Shown: positions 6,961-18,035, counted from the first letter of the stretch. The stretch: DNA of 64,000 nt from an uncultured Christensenellaceae bacterium (GCA_964391805.1 CAYMNK010000003.1:11362-75361); one strand, 5' to 3'. Numbers and translations are program-made. The notes: generated by a model from the sequence alone, not told the origin.

Positions 6961-9807
6961 ATGAGAAAGATAAAACATTTTTGGTTATTGTTTTTGGTGA
7001 CTATTCTCGCTATGACTATTGCATCATCTGTGATAGTTGCATCGGCAGAAGGCACCGTATCAACAAGTACAATCGATGCATGGAAATTCGGAGGTGGTTG
7101 GGGAATCGACTCGAGCTATACCTCTAACGGCGTGCTTGTAACAGTTCCCGGTGCAGATACCGTTGGTAGTGGTGACGCGTGGAGTTACAAGGCTAAAATT
7201 CCCAATGACGATTCGATGATGCCCGCCTTTTCAATCGCTGACGGACAAGCTGTAATTATCGAGATTTCGGTGAAGTACTTCAATAGTGACGGAACTGAGG
7301 TAACGAAATCACAAAACAGCGATGCTCTCGATATTTACATTCACAATGCAAGTGATAATTCTCAAGTCGGATTGCTTCGTATCTGGACCGGGAGCGAAAG
7401 CGCAACAAACGGTAACCACTCATATCAGGTTATGAGCTCCAATTGGGATAATAAAGGAGCGGAATACTGGATCATGGGCGATGCAACCGCAGAATCCAAG
7501 TTTACTATTAAATTTGACAAAGAAAACTTTATTTCCTCCTATGTCGGCGGACAAGAGGGTATGGTTCCTCTCGGCAACGATGAAATTATCGCAGACCGAA
7601 AAGAAGCATTGAAAAACGTTGACAAAATCTATTTCAAAATAGGTGGAGAAAACGGCTTTACCAACAGTACCGAAATAACAATTCGTAGCATTAACGGTCA
7701 ATCCTTAGCAAATAACAACGGAGAATTTACCGATACTATTGCTCCCGTATTTTTACCTGCAAATGTAGACCAAACTCTCAACATGGGCGAGTCTTATACA
7801 ATCCCCACCGTAGCACACGATTTATTGAGCGATGTTACTTACTCACTTAAAATAGGCGAAAATACTATCGAAGGTAAAGAATTTACACCCAATGAACCCG
7901 GTGAGATGAAGGTCACGTTGGTTGCAACAGACTCAGCCGGAAATTCATCCGAGAAGGAATACACCTTCAATGTAGTTTCTACGATTGCCGAGCCTACAAT
8001 TAAATCTGTACCGACTATAGAAGGTAAGGCAGTTTCATATTTCGAATCAATCGTTTTCGATGCTCCCGAATATGAAGATGAAACAGGTACAGGAACAGTA
8101 GTCCTAAAGATTACAAAAGGTGAAGATGAGATAACCCTTCAACAAAATGAATCGGGTAAATTTGTATATTTGATTACAAGCGACTTTGTTGCAGGTGATT
8201 ATACCTTCGTTTATGAGGTTACAAACTCCGCAGGATCCGTTTCTTCAGAGCCTCAGACAGTAGCTTTCACAATAAACGATGTTAATCGCGCAGATTTTAT
8301 TACCGAGGTTGACAGCAAAATGTTGGCGCAATATCTTTCAGAAGGAATCTATTTGAGTGCATTAAAGCCATGGGCTCAATTTTCATTGGGTGAATTTGAC
8401 ATTTCCGAAGGTCTTGACGTTAAATTTATCGTCAACCCAACAACCCTAAACGGAGATGTAAATAATACCGTTTCCGTTGAAATCTGGCTTGTTAATGCCG
8501 ATGACGATGCATATAGAGTTAGGTATCGTGTATGGGTTTCACACTCAGGCGCAGATTGTGCAACAAATGTCTATATCTCTACCGACGGAAAAAATTATAC
8601 CGATATTACCGATACAGGCTGGATTTCACGTTTGGTTGATGATGTTGAAGGACAATACCATATGTCATTCAATATGGAGGATACATTCGTTGGTGAGCGC
8701 ACAGGCGGTATGACGCGTGTAGATAACGCATATGAGCAATTAGTTGCATTCTTTGAGAGCTGTCCGTCCAACAACTTCGTTCTTTATATGGACGCAGGTC
8801 AGTTAAATGTTTCATCCGGCAACTATGAGTTTATCCTTACAGAACTCAACGGTCAAAACTTAGCCGGTGAAGAAATTGTCTGGAATGATGCTTACCTTAG
8901 CGTAAAAACAGATATACCGAGCAAGATCGAGAAAGATTCGAGTTTGTCAATTTCCGCATATGCAAAGGATATACGTGGCGATGTTACGCTAAGTTTGTCC
9001 GTTGTTGCTCCGGACGGTACAACCGAAAACCTTACAATGATAGACGGCGCTATTGACTATACCTTTAGCCAACTTGGCGAATACAAACTGACAATATCTA
9101 CCCAAGGATTAAATAATGAAACAGTTGAAGAATCCTTTGTAGTAGTTGCTAAAAGTGAAATCGATCCGATTGTAATTACACTTGAGGGTAAATATCAGGA
9201 AACCTATGAACAAAACGGCTCTGTGGCAATCCTTCCTGTAACATACTCGGAAAATGTAGTTAATAGTTCTATCACGATTTTACGTCCATCGGGTGAATCG
9301 GTAGTCGTAGCTGTAGGCGATACATTCACATTTGCTAATCCCGGTATATATGTGATTACATATTTGGGACAAGATGCGGCACAACCCACAGTCAACGAAA
9401 ACAGTATCGCTGTAACAATCAACGTATATGATACCAAAAATCCTGAAATATCGGTTAACGTATCGGACAAAGCAACCGTCGGAGAAAGCATTATACCCGA
9501 AATTACAGTAAGCGACGATAGCGAATGTGACGTTACTGTCAGTTTGGAAAAACCTGACGGCACATCGATTAAGCTTAATGCATCTAATCAATATGAATTC
9601 ACCCCCGAAGAAGAAGGCTCTTACACACTAAAGATTGTTGCCGAGGATCTTTACGGTAATAAAGCAACCGAAACAAGGACAATTTCCGTTGAAAAGGCTT
9701 CCAACGGATCTATAGGAATTATTATTGCAATTGTAGCTGCAGTTGTTGTTATTGCCGCAGGTGTAGCAGTCATATTAATTGTTAAGAAAAAAAAGAGCCA
9801 AAAATAA
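6961..9807 (+). CDS. Large membrane-anchored surface protein with Ig-like repeats and two related Trp-rich domains (putative glycan capture)
   Basis: RBS AGGAGG; signal peptide ending VASA|E; repeated Ig/PKD-like motifs (EFTPNEPGEMKVTLVATDSAGN, FTPEEEGSYTLKIVAEDLYGN); C-terminal TM helix followed by KKKKSQK; no LPxTG. Confidence 0.75.
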   Translation: MRKIKHFWLLFLVTILAMTIASSVIVASAEGTVSTSTIDAWKFGGGWGIDSSYTSNGVLVTVPGADTVGSGDAWSYKAKIPNDDSMMPAFSIADGQAVIIEISVKYFNSDGTEVTKSQNSDALDIYIHNASDNSQVGLLRIWTGSESATNGNHSYQVMSSNWDNKGAEYWIMGDATAESKFTIKFDKENFISSYVGGQEGMVPLGNDEIIADRKEALKNVDKIYFKIGGENGFTNSTEITIRSINGQSLANNNGEFTDTIAPVFLPANVDQTLNMGESYTIPTVAHDLLSDVTYSLKIGENTIEGKEFTPNEPGEMKVTLVATDSAGNSSEKEYTFNVVSTIAEPTIKSVPTIEGKAVSYFESIVFDAPEYEDETGTGTVVLKITKGEDEITLQQNESGKFVYLITSDFVAGDYTFVYEVTNSAGSVSSEPQTVAFTINDVNRADFITEVDSKMLAQYLSEGIYLSALKPWAQFSLGEFDISEGLDVKFIVNPTTLNGDVNNTVSVEIWLVNADDDAYRVRYRVWVSHSGADCATNVYISTDGKNYTDITDTGWISRLVDDVEGQYHMSFNMEDTFVGERTGGMTRVDNAYEQLVAFFESCPSNNFVLYMDAGQLNVSSGNYEFILTELNGQNLAGEEIVWNDAYLSVKTDIPSKIEKDSSLSISAYAKDIRGDVTLSLSVVAPDGTTENLTMIDGAIDYTFSQLGEYKLTISTQGLNNETVEESFVVVAKSEIDPIVITLEGKYQETYEQNGSVAILPVTYSENVVNSSITILRPSGESVVVAVGDTFTFANPGIYVITYLGQDAAQPTVNENSIAVTINVYDTKNPEISVNVSDKATVGESIIPEITVSDDSECDVTVSLEKPDGTSIKLNASNQYEFTPEEEGSYTLKIVAEDLYGNKATETRTISVEKASNGSIGIIIAIVAAVVVIAAGVAVILIVKKKKSQK

Positions 9808-9826
9808 GAATTAAAAGGAGCTATGA

Positions 9827-11563
9827 ATGTTAGATCATAAGAAAGAATATCTTATTGCGTTAATATCCATTTTGCTTGTTATTATGTTGCTGGGAGCAGG
9901 TTGTGCACCCGGCAACAACCCTAATAATCCTATTGAGGATGACCGGCCAAATGACCCCATAATCGTGGATACAGATAAGCAAGATCCTCTTTATGATGGT
10001 AGTACCGTAAAAGTATCGGAGCTTGTATCTACAGAATACGGCTCTCACATACAGGTCGACGGTGAGGATTTTTTGTATATTGGCGCACAAATTCGTATAG
10101 ACGCATTGATGAATTGCGACAAACTGTCGTACGAGCAAGTTGGCAATTTATTCTACGAAGCTTCTCGCTTAGGTGTAACTTGTGTTCAAATACCTGTAGA
10201 ATGGGCTAAAATCGAACTCGAAGAGGATGAATTTGATTTTACTTATCTCTACTATATGATGAAATTTGCAAATCAATATGATTTAAAAATGGAATTTTTG
10301 TGGTACGGTACCAATATGTGTGGCGACACTCATTCATACACTGTACCCGATTATATTTTGCGTGATGGTAAAACCTATCCCAAGTTTGACGCTCTCCGTA
10401 CCGGAGAATTTTGGTCTTACTATGGAATTATGTGGTTCCTTGACTTCGATAACGAGAACTTAATTGAACGCGAGAGCAATGCCATAGCAAAGATGATGGA
10501 TTATATTTACGAATATGATTCCACACACGGTGCAAAAAAGCCTGTCATAGGCATACAAGTTCTCAACGAGCCCGATATCTTTATTAGATGGCGTGTACCC
10601 GAACAAGAGGTATTATCATCCGTTACCGGTGAGATAATGACCGAGGAAGAGGCGTATACAAAGATTTGTAATAGTCTTAATGCTTTGGGAAAAACTGTTA
10701 AGGAAGGCAAATATCAAGTTTATACACGAGTCAATCTTGCATCGAGCACAAATTCGGACTCTATTGGAAATACAGGCGGAATCTGGAGTAACGGCGTTGT
10801 TAAGGATGCTCCCGAATTTGCCAAGCTTTTCCAATCATTAGAGTACATTGATTTTGTCGGTGATGACACATACACATCAAGCATTTTGAACAACAAGGGT
10901 ATTGTCTCGATGTACTCAACAAAACTCGAGGGCAATTTCGGACAAATTGCCGAAAACAACGGTAGTTATTCCAATACGGCATCGTTGATTCTAACGGCAA
11001 TTTCTCAACACGGAGGATACTCTATCTATGACCTTATTACCTCACCTTTCTTTGTTAAAAACGGAACGGGTAGCGTAGATCAAGGTATTTTGAGTTTTGC
11101 AGAAGGAACGTTTGACAGTGTCGTCGAAAAAGCACATTGGCAACAAACACATGACCTAATAATAGGACTACGTTCGGTTGCTCACGAAATTTATCGGGTA
11201 TCTATAGAAGACTTTGCTTGCTTTAATTTAGCAACAGATAACGCAAAACAAGTAACAGAACAAGTAATTTCAACCACTCATACAATATTGAATTTCAAGA
11301 CTGAAAACGGCGCTATAGGTTTCGCTATCGATTGTGGAACACATATTGACGTATATACAACCGAAAACGCAACCTTGACAATCAGTGGCGCAACGATAAC
11401 AGCTGTCGAAACAGGCACATATAGTTCAAACGGAATCTTTACATCTTCCGAAAGCCTTGGTACAGATGCTACGATCAACCTTTCAGCATGTACGCTATAT
11501 CGCATCTCCTATAAGGATGCCGGTGTACAAAAATCAACCACATGGGATGCAATAGGAGGTTAA
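9827..11563 (+). CDS. Lipoprotein, GH-A clan (GH35/DUF4978-like) putative glycoside hydrolase 1
   Basis: Lipobox LGAG-C; VDGEDFLYIGAQIR, W..IE..E..FDF, LWYGTNMCGD, acid/base QVLNEPD, nucleophile IAENN. Confidence 0.7.
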   Translation: MLDHKKEYLIALISILLVIMLLGAGCAPGNNPNNPIEDDRPNDPIIVDTDKQDPLYDGSTVKVSELVSTEYGSHIQVDGEDFLYIGAQIRIDALMNCDKLSYEQVGNLFYEASRLGVTCVQIPVEWAKIELEEDEFDFTYLYYMMKFANQYDLKMEFLWYGTNMCGDTHSYTVPDYILRDGKTYPKFDALRTGEFWSYYGIMWFLDFDNENLIERESNAIAKMMDYIYEYDSTHGAKKPVIGIQVLNEPDIFIRWRVPEQEVLSSVTGEIMTEEEAYTKICNSLNALGKTVKEGKYQVYTRVNLASSTNSDSIGNTGGIWSNGVVKDAPEFAKLFQSLEYIDFVGDDTYTSSILNNKGIVSMYSTKLEGNFGQIAENNGSYSNTASLILTAISQHGGYSIYDLITSPFFVKNGTGSVDQGILSFAEGTFDSVVEKAHWQQTHDLIIGLRSVAHEIYRVSIEDFACFNLATDNAKQVTEQVISTTHTILNFKTENGAIGFAIDCGTHIDVYTTENATLTISGATITAVETGTYSSNGIFTSSESLGTDATINLSACTLYRISYKDAGVQKSTTWDAIGG

Positions 11564-11565
11564 AA

Positions 11566-13224
11566 ATGAAAAAGTTCACAAAATTAATTCCTCTTTTGCT
11601 TGTCATATGCTTCGTACTTTCATCGTGCGCGGTTGTAAGCACGACAAACAACGAGATAAAAAATATTACGGATAAATACGACCAGCCGTATAATGCGAGC
11701 ACTTCTACGAGTGGCAAGGGCGTTTTGCTTAATCGTCAATCGGTGCCGATTATAATGACCTCTGCACTTTTGAGAACGGATTTATTGGTAAATGCCGATT
11801 TTCTACAGCCTTCAGAAATGGAGGACTACTTTGCGATAGCCAAGGAAACCAATCTTAATACATTAGAATTAACTTTAATGTGGAGTCAAATCGAACCCGA
11901 AAAGGATGCTTATGATTTTTCCGCTCTTGAAGTCTATCTCAATTATGCTAAAACGTATAATTTAAAACTTAATATCGAATGGTACGGAAGTTTTGTAGAC
12001 GGTGAAACACATACTGCCAATATACCCGACTATATTGCCGACGATCACGATACCTATCCACTTATAGCGGACCTGTATGATTTTGCCAACTACGGAAGAT
12101 GCTGTATTATGGACTGGACAAATGAAAATTTGCTTGAAAGAGAAAGTCTTGCACTTTGGAACACTATGAACTTTATTTACGAATGGAACCAAAACAACGA
12201 TCACTATGATCCGGTCATTATGGTTCAAATCGGACAGGGCACAGATCGTTTCCAGCGTTGGAGAATAGAGGCTTACAACATAATCGATGATGATGGTTCT
12301 ACTATGTCCCAAGAAAAGGCATGGAGCATGGTGCAGACTTACATCAATGAAATGGCACGAGCCGTAAAGTATTCATCCTACAAGGCGTTAACTCGCGTTG
12401 AATTTTGCGAGCAAACTGCGGTTGTAAACTATGTTAGAGATATTGAAAAGCTCGAATATGTAGATGTAGTATCACCCACATATTTGCACGAGATTTCCTC
12501 AACGAAGAACGGTATTAAATCATTTGCTGACGAATACTCCGAAATGTTCATTATGAATGCGGAAAATTGGGCGTCGGATCTTAACGAGCGCCAAATATTA
12601 GCCACGTTCGGAATGGGTGCAAGCGGATATGTATCTTATCAGCTTTCCAGCCCGAGGTATTATCCTGAATCGCCTAATGGTGCACTTTACAGTCGATATA
12701 ACCCGGACGGACAAACTTTGTCTGAAAAATTTACGGAAAAGGGTACTCGCGCAACAACAACAGCTTCGATAAACGGAGCGTTACTCAAGGCATATATAGC
12801 GGTAGCCAATGCGCCACGATCACTGTTTGCAACATTTGGACTTAACAATTTGTTAAATAACAAAACAGGCGAAGAAAGGACTCAAAACATTTACCTATCC
12901 AATGGAATTTTGCTTACCTATTCTAACCCTGAGAATGCAATAGGCTTTGCTATATATGACGAAAACTATATTTACGCTTGGTCAAATGCGGATGCAGAAT
13001 TGATTATTTTAAATTGCACCCTAACAGTTTGTCAAAAAGGTTCCTTCGACGAAGATGGCGAATGGATCAACGATGGCAACGTAATGCTTAGCAATAATAC
13101 CACGCTTTCCTGTGAGTCGGGTATTGTATATCGCATCCGCGTCGGCAATGTTTCCTCATTGCCATCCTCTGCTACACTTAAGGAGCAAGGTTTCCTCTCT
13201 CCGCTCGACAGCATAAGAGGATAG
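11566..13224 (+). CDS. Lipoprotein, GH-A clan paralogue 2 lacking the acid/base NE motif
   Basis: Start ATG 11566 after AGGAGG; lipobox LSS-C; WSQIEPEKDAYDF; NE replaced by QG (VQIGQGTD); NAENW retained. Confidence 0.65.
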   Translation: MKKFTKLIPLLLVICFVLSSCAVVSTTNNEIKNITDKYDQPYNASTSTSGKGVLLNRQSVPIIMTSALLRTDLLVNADFLQPSEMEDYFAIAKETNLNTLELTLMWSQIEPEKDAYDFSALEVYLNYAKTYNLKLNIEWYGSFVDGETHTANIPDYIADDHDTYPLIADLYDFANYGRCCIMDWTNENLLERESLALWNTMNFIYEWNQNNDHYDPVIMVQIGQGTDRFQRWRIEAYNIIDDDGSTMSQEKAWSMVQTYINEMARAVKYSSYKALTRVEFCEQTAVVNYVRDIEKLEYVDVVSPTYLHEISSTKNGIKSFADEYSEMFIMNAENWASDLNERQILATFGMGASGYVSYQLSSPRYYPESPNGALYSRYNPDGQTLSEKFTEKGTRATTTASINGALLKAYIAVANAPRSLFATFGLNNLLNNKTGEERTQNIYLSNGILLTYSNPENAIGFAIYDENYIYAWSNADAELIILNCTLTVCQKGSFDEDGEWINDGNVMLSNNTTLSCESGIVYRIRVGNVSSLPSSATLKEQGFLSPLDSIRG

Positions 13225-13230
13225 TAACAT

Positions 13231-14886
13231 ATGAGAAAAGCCCTTGTGATTTTTATATGCATTCTATTAATATCACAATTGTTTATACTGACAGCCTGTA
13301 ATCGGGCTGTCAGTCCTAATGAAGAAAATCCTAAGGATGTTGAAGAAGGAGGTGTAACGTTAGTGTCTAAGATTTGTACTCTTCCTAACGGAAAGACATA
13401 TTTAGAGGTAGACGGTAAACCATATACGCTAATTGGAGCACAGTTGCGCGTAGACGGCTTATATAATAGGAATCAAAGTTTAACCGACGCTCCTCAGCCT
13501 GTTACAGACGATGAATTAAGAAAGTATTTTGAGAAAGCAAAGGAACTTGGTATAAACACTTTGTCACTTGCTTTAGAATGGAGTAAAATTGAGATTGAAA
13601 AGGATTGCTATGACTTTACGCTCGTGGACAAGCTTTTGAAACTTACAAATGATTTCGGTCTTAAATGTGAATTTCTATGGTTTTCCACGAATATGTGCGG
13701 AGACGGACATGGATTTTGTGTTCCGTCCTATATCATAGATGATCCCGAAAACTATCCGCGCTTATCTGCAGAAAACACCTATTACTCCAATATGTATGGA
13801 GATATTTTTTATCTCGTCCTGAATAACCCTTTACTTATGGAGCGCGAGAGCTTAGTCCTTACCGCGTTAATGGAACATGTTGACAATTGGAATAAAAACA
13901 ACGATTCGCTAAATCCACTTATCGGTATACAAATTCACAACGAATCGGATGGACTTCTAAGATGGAGATTAAATCAAAAAAATCTATCCTACGGAGATAC
14001 CCCGATAACACCCAAAGAACTTTGGCAAATGACGCTCGATGCGTTAGACAATGCCGGTAAAGCCGTAAAAAACGCTAACTATAAAATATACACGCGCTGT
14101 AATATAACTACAAGCTTTGGCGTCGGAGAATTTCCTGAGTGGGCAGGATTGGGTTTTTCACCTTTAGATATTTTACACTTGGAAGGAATTGACATGATCG
14201 GTGATGACCCGTACACAACCAATCCTACAGCGATCAACAGCACGGTCAAAAAATATTCAGTTGATGGAAATTATCCGCATATAGCCGAAAATATGGGGGA
14301 TTATGGTTCAACCCCATCAATGATACTTTCGGCATATCAAGCCGGCGGTGCATATATGCTTTATGATTTAGCAACACCGCAGTATTTTGTATATATCAAT
14401 AAAGGAAGCTCTTACCATATGGATCAAGGAATCTTGAATCCTGATTTAACTTACAAGGCTCACACCGCACAAACCGCTTGTATAATTAAGGGAATTGCAA
14501 GCATGGGGAGTATTCTCCCACTCATCTCGTCGGAAAACTTTGCCGCTTTCAATGTGTTGACAGAACAGCCGCGTGAGGTTAATACACAAACCATATGCAC
14601 TTCATCACTATCGATTACCTACAACACGGACTTAGGCGGAATTGCCTTTGCAATCGAACATGAGGGCTGTCTTTACCTATATTCAACCACGGCATGTACT
14701 TTTACTATAAACAATGCAGTTTATGTGATGAGAGGTGAAACGGGCTATTTCGACGGAAGTGAGTTTGTAGTCGAAGACGATGCTTACATCGGCGCCCCTA
14801 TTTCGTTAGAAAGCGGAAAGCTGATGCGCATCCGTATTAGAGAAATCAAACAGTCGGTTACATCGACAACGTGTGATAATGTATAA
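13231..14886 (+). CDS. Lipoprotein, GH-A clan (GH35/DUF4978-like) putative glycoside hydrolase 3
   Basis: Lipobox LTA-C; VDGKPYTLIGAQLR, LWFSTNMCGD, QIHNESD, IAENM; clearly paralogous to 9827-11563. Confidence 0.7.
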   Translation: MRKALVIFICILLISQLFILTACNRAVSPNEENPKDVEEGGVTLVSKICTLPNGKTYLEVDGKPYTLIGAQLRVDGLYNRNQSLTDAPQPVTDDELRKYFEKAKELGINTLSLALEWSKIEIEKDCYDFTLVDKLLKLTNDFGLKCEFLWFSTNMCGDGHGFCVPSYIIDDPENYPRLSAENTYYSNMYGDIFYLVLNNPLLMERESLVLTALMEHVDNWNKNNDSLNPLIGIQIHNESDGLLRWRLNQKNLSYGDTPITPKELWQMTLDALDNAGKAVKNANYKIYTRCNITTSFGVGEFPEWAGLGFSPLDILHLEGIDMIGDDPYTTNPTAINSTVKKYSVDGNYPHIAENMGDYGSTPSMILSAYQAGGAYMLYDLATPQYFVYINKGSSYHMDQGILNPDLTYKAHTAQTACIIKGIASMGSILPLISSENFAAFNVLTEQPREVNTQTICTSSLSITYNTDLGGIAFAIEHEGCLYLYSTTACTFTINNAVYVMRGETGYFDGSEFVVEDDAYIGAPISLESGKLMRIRIREIKQSVTSTTCDNV

Positions 14887-14898
14887 AGGAAAACAAAT

Positions 14899-15717
14899 AT
14901 GAGTTTATGTAATGTAAAGTCTTTTATTTACTATGAGCATCAACCGAATGAGTATGTCACGGAGCATAGTCATAACTACTATGAATGCGTGCTTTATCTA
15001 AGCGGTCGGGGTGCAGTTACGGCTGAAGGCGATATGTTTGAGTATGTTGCGCCCACACTAACGGTCACGGCTCCCTCAATAAAACACGACGAGCGAACTT
15101 ATGAATTTTCTTCGCTCTACATCGTTCTTTTTGAAGTAACAGGGATTGAGATACCACAGCCCTTTTTGCATCTACAGCTATCGGATGAAGATATGGATAT
15201 CATTAAATATTTTCAAGACATACAGCAAGAGGAAGTTAATAAACGGGCATATTATCAAGAAAAGATCAACGCCTATTTCAGCTTAATTCTAAGTTGTTTC
15301 CTTCGCAAAACGGTAGAATTTAAGGGACATCGGGCATCAAACGATGAATTAATTGCAAGATTAAAAACATTTATGAAGGAAAACTATAATCAAGCTATTG
15401 ATTTTTCGCAAATTGCCATGTCTTATGGCTACAGTTATGATCGTCTAAGGCATATATTCCAACAAGAAACAAACATTTCGATTCACCAATACTTTTTAAA
15501 CTGTAAATTATATATGGCGAAGAAAATGCTTCTTTTGACGGATAGGTCCATTCAGGATATTGCATTCTATTGCGGATTTACAAGTGCAATTCATTTCAGT
15601 AGCTTTTTCAAATCAAAAATGAATATTTCTCCGCGTCAATTTCGAAATTCGCAAAAGAACGAAGTTGATATAGGTGTATTTAGAATAAAAGGAGAAAACG
15701 ATAATAAAAATGAATAA
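14899..15717 (+). CDS. AraC-family transcriptional regulator
   Basis: Cupin HSHNYYE..H; C-terminal double HTH ..SIQDIAFYCGFTSAIHFSSFFK....SPRQFR. Confidence 0.93.
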   Translation: MSLCNVKSFIYYEHQPNEYVTEHSHNYYECVLYLSGRGAVTAEGDMFEYVAPTLTVTAPSIKHDERTYEFSSLYIVLFEVTGIEIPQPFLHLQLSDEDMDIIKYFQDIQQEEVNKRAYYQEKINAYFSLILSCFLRKTVEFKGHRASNDELIARLKTFMKENYNQAIDFSQIAMSYGYSYDRLRHIFQQETNISIHQYFLNCKLYMAKKMLLLTDRSIQDIAFYCGFTSAIHFSSFFKSKMNISPRQFRNSQKNEVDIGVFRIKGENDNKNE

Positions 15718-16669
15718 ATATTTATGGATCGACACAGACATCGGCGGTGACTGCGATGATGCAGGCGCGATAGCACTTGCCAATATAGCTGAACGAGAGA
15801 GGTCAATACAACTTTTGGGAATGACCTTTACTACGTCGGCACCTGCAGGTCCTGCCTGTGTAAGTGCAATAAATACATACTATGGAAATAAAAATATTCC
15901 AGTTGGAATGACGTTTCGACAGAATTTTTGTCAAACGGTTAATCCATTCCAAGAATACGTTGCAAAACATTTTCCAAATGACTATTACAACCAAGAAACA
16001 GACACTTTTACACCCGCGGAAGATGCAGTAAGGCTACTTAGACGCGCGCTCTCAAAAATGGCTGATGGTTCGCTAACATTTGTTTGTATTGGTCAATTGA
16101 ATAACATATCCGACTTATTGGATTCACCACCCGACGAATTCTCATCCCTTGACGGCGTGGAGTTGGTGCATAAAAAAGTCAAAGAATTTGTAGTGATGGG
16201 CGGTCTTTTTTCGCAATCGGACGAGGAAATCATATTCGATGGCTGTCCCTACAAGGTTGAGTACAATATAGTGTCAGACGTTATGTCTGCAATCAACTTT
16301 ATCAAAAAAAACAAAGTTAAAACACTGTTTTTGGATTTTATCGCCGGCTACAAAATTTTTACAGGCGGTTCGCTACTTGTTCAAGATAACCCTAAGAATC
16401 CTGTCACGGCATGCTATCGTATTTTCCAAAACAAGCCGAGAGAATCTTGGGATCCGTTAACCGTTTTATATGCAATATACGGAGCCAATGATGTGTTCGA
16501 GATATCCGAGAGCGGAAAGGTAACAATAGAAACTGATGGTTGTACAACATTTTCCCCCGATAAAGAAGGAAATCACTACTACATTAGACCTTCAGCTTCG
16601 AATGAATATTGCGCACAAATTATAGATCAAATGTTATTAAGAGGTGGACATTATGAAAAAAATGAATAA
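15710..16669 (+). CDS. Nucleoside hydrolase (IU-NH family)
   Basis: N-terminal DTDIGGDCDDAGA, IGQLNN, VMGG, EYN and SWDP motifs. Confidence 0.9.
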   Translation: MNKYLWIDTDIGGDCDDAGAIALANIAERERSIQLLGMTFTTSAPAGPACVSAINTYYGNKNIPVGMTFRQNFCQTVNPFQEYVAKHFPNDYYNQETDTFTPAEDAVRLLRRALSKMADGSLTFVCIGQLNNISDLLDSPPDEFSSLDGVELVHKKVKEFVVMGGLFSQSDEEIIFDGCPYKVEYNIVSDVMSAINFIKKNKVKTLFLDFIAGYKIFTGGSLLVQDNPKNPVTACYRIFQNKPRESWDPLTVLYAIYGANDVFEISESGKVTIETDGCTTFSPDKEGNHYYIRPSASNEYCAQIIDQMLLRGGHYEKNE

Positions 16670-18035
16670 AGCATTGATTTGCATTTTATTAGTTGTGATG
16701 TTGCTTGCAATGACAGCATGTAACACAAGCACTTCACGTGATTATCTGATATTTTACGTTTGGGGCGATGCCGCCGAAATTGCCAGCTACGAAAAAATTG
16801 TATCCGATTTTGAAAAGGAAACAGGAATCCATGTTCAGGTGCTATCCGCTACCGGAGACTATTATGACAATTTAAATATCTCCTTTTCCTCAAAAAATAA
16901 CGCACCCGATATTTTCTTTACTGAATCAGGTGAGTTCTTGTCACATATTGCAAGCGGTAAGCTCCTTAATTTGACACCATATATCGAAAACGGACAATTG
17001 GATATTAAAACCGATTCAAATCAAGATGCAGACATCGAGTTATGGGATATTAACGATGCTTATCGTTATGACGGAAAAACCGTAGGTAAAGGCGATTACT
17101 ACGCGCTGATAAAGGACTGGTCTCCCGATTTCGTACTTTGGTATAACAAATCACACATCGATGAATATAATCAAGAGAATGGATTAACGAAGGGTGACGA
17201 AGGATTTATGGAGTATCCGTCGCAAGATGTGCCTATGACTTGGGATGAATTTTTAGATATGTCGTATAAACTCCGTAAAACAAACAGATACGGAACAATG
17301 CTTGACAGAGTTCCCTATAATCATCTTATGGAATTGATACAAATGACCGGCTCATCTACATGGACAGGCGACAACCAATATTTTAATAGTGATGATCCCA
17401 ATGTTTTAAAGGCTTTCCAATTTTTTGTCGACCTTCAAATAGGTGACAAAGCAAGTGCGCCCGTAATAGGTCCCTCGGGTGTCGGAAGCGGTGATGCGTT
17501 TGCGAACGGAAACGTTAGTTTCGTATTCTTCGGAAGTTGGGCATATTCAACCTATGCGTGGGATAGCGTCGGCTTCGAAATCGGATATTGCCCCGCTCCT
17601 GTTCCTGCAAAAAGTGACGGTTCCGAATTAACATCGGATGATATCTATGCAGGTAGTTGCGGTATGATCTCTCTTGCGGTAAACAAGGAATCGGGAATGA
17701 AAGATGAGGCTGTTCAATTCCTCAACTATTACATGACAAAAGGAAACGAATATATGGCAGGTAAGGGCTTCAATATTCCCGGAAATAAGATTGTTGCAAA
17801 TAGCGATGCATTCCGTTATCCGGAAAACTCGGAACTTGCCGAAATCAATCAATACTTCTTGGAAATCGCTAACAATTACACGCATGCCATCGTTTTCAAT
17901 AAATATATGAGCCAAGGAACCTTTGAAGATATAATAGGTAAATATATGTCCGCATATCTTGCCAATCCGTCTTCAACAACATTAGAAAAGGTTCTTAGTA
18001 ATATTGCCGAAGACGTAAGACGTGAGGTTAGCTAA
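16653..18035 (+). CDS. Carbohydrate ABC transporter substrate-binding lipoprotein
   Basis: Lipobox MTA-C; FEKETGIHV, APDIFF, LWYNK, FANGNVSF..GSW as in family-1 solute-binding proteins; start ATG 16653 after GAGGTG. Confidence 0.9.
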   Translation: MKKMNKALICILLVVMLLAMTACNTSTSRDYLIFYVWGDAAEIASYEKIVSDFEKETGIHVQVLSATGDYYDNLNISFSSKNNAPDIFFTESGEFLSHIASGKLLNLTPYIENGQLDIKTDSNQDADIELWDINDAYRYDGKTVGKGDYYALIKDWSPDFVLWYNKSHIDEYNQENGLTKGDEGFMEYPSQDVPMTWDEFLDMSYKLRKTNRYGTMLDRVPYNHLMELIQMTGSSTWTGDNQYFNSDDPNVLKAFQFFVDLQIGDKASAPVIGPSGVGSGDAFANGNVSFVFFGSWAYSTYAWDSVGFEIGYCPAPVPAKSDGSELTSDDIYAGSCGMISLAVNKESGMKDEAVQFLNYYMTKGNEYMAGKGFNIPGNKIVANSDAFRYPENSELAEINQYFLEIANNYTHAIVFNKYMSQGTFEDIIGKYMSAYLANPSSTTLEKVLSNIAEDVRREVS

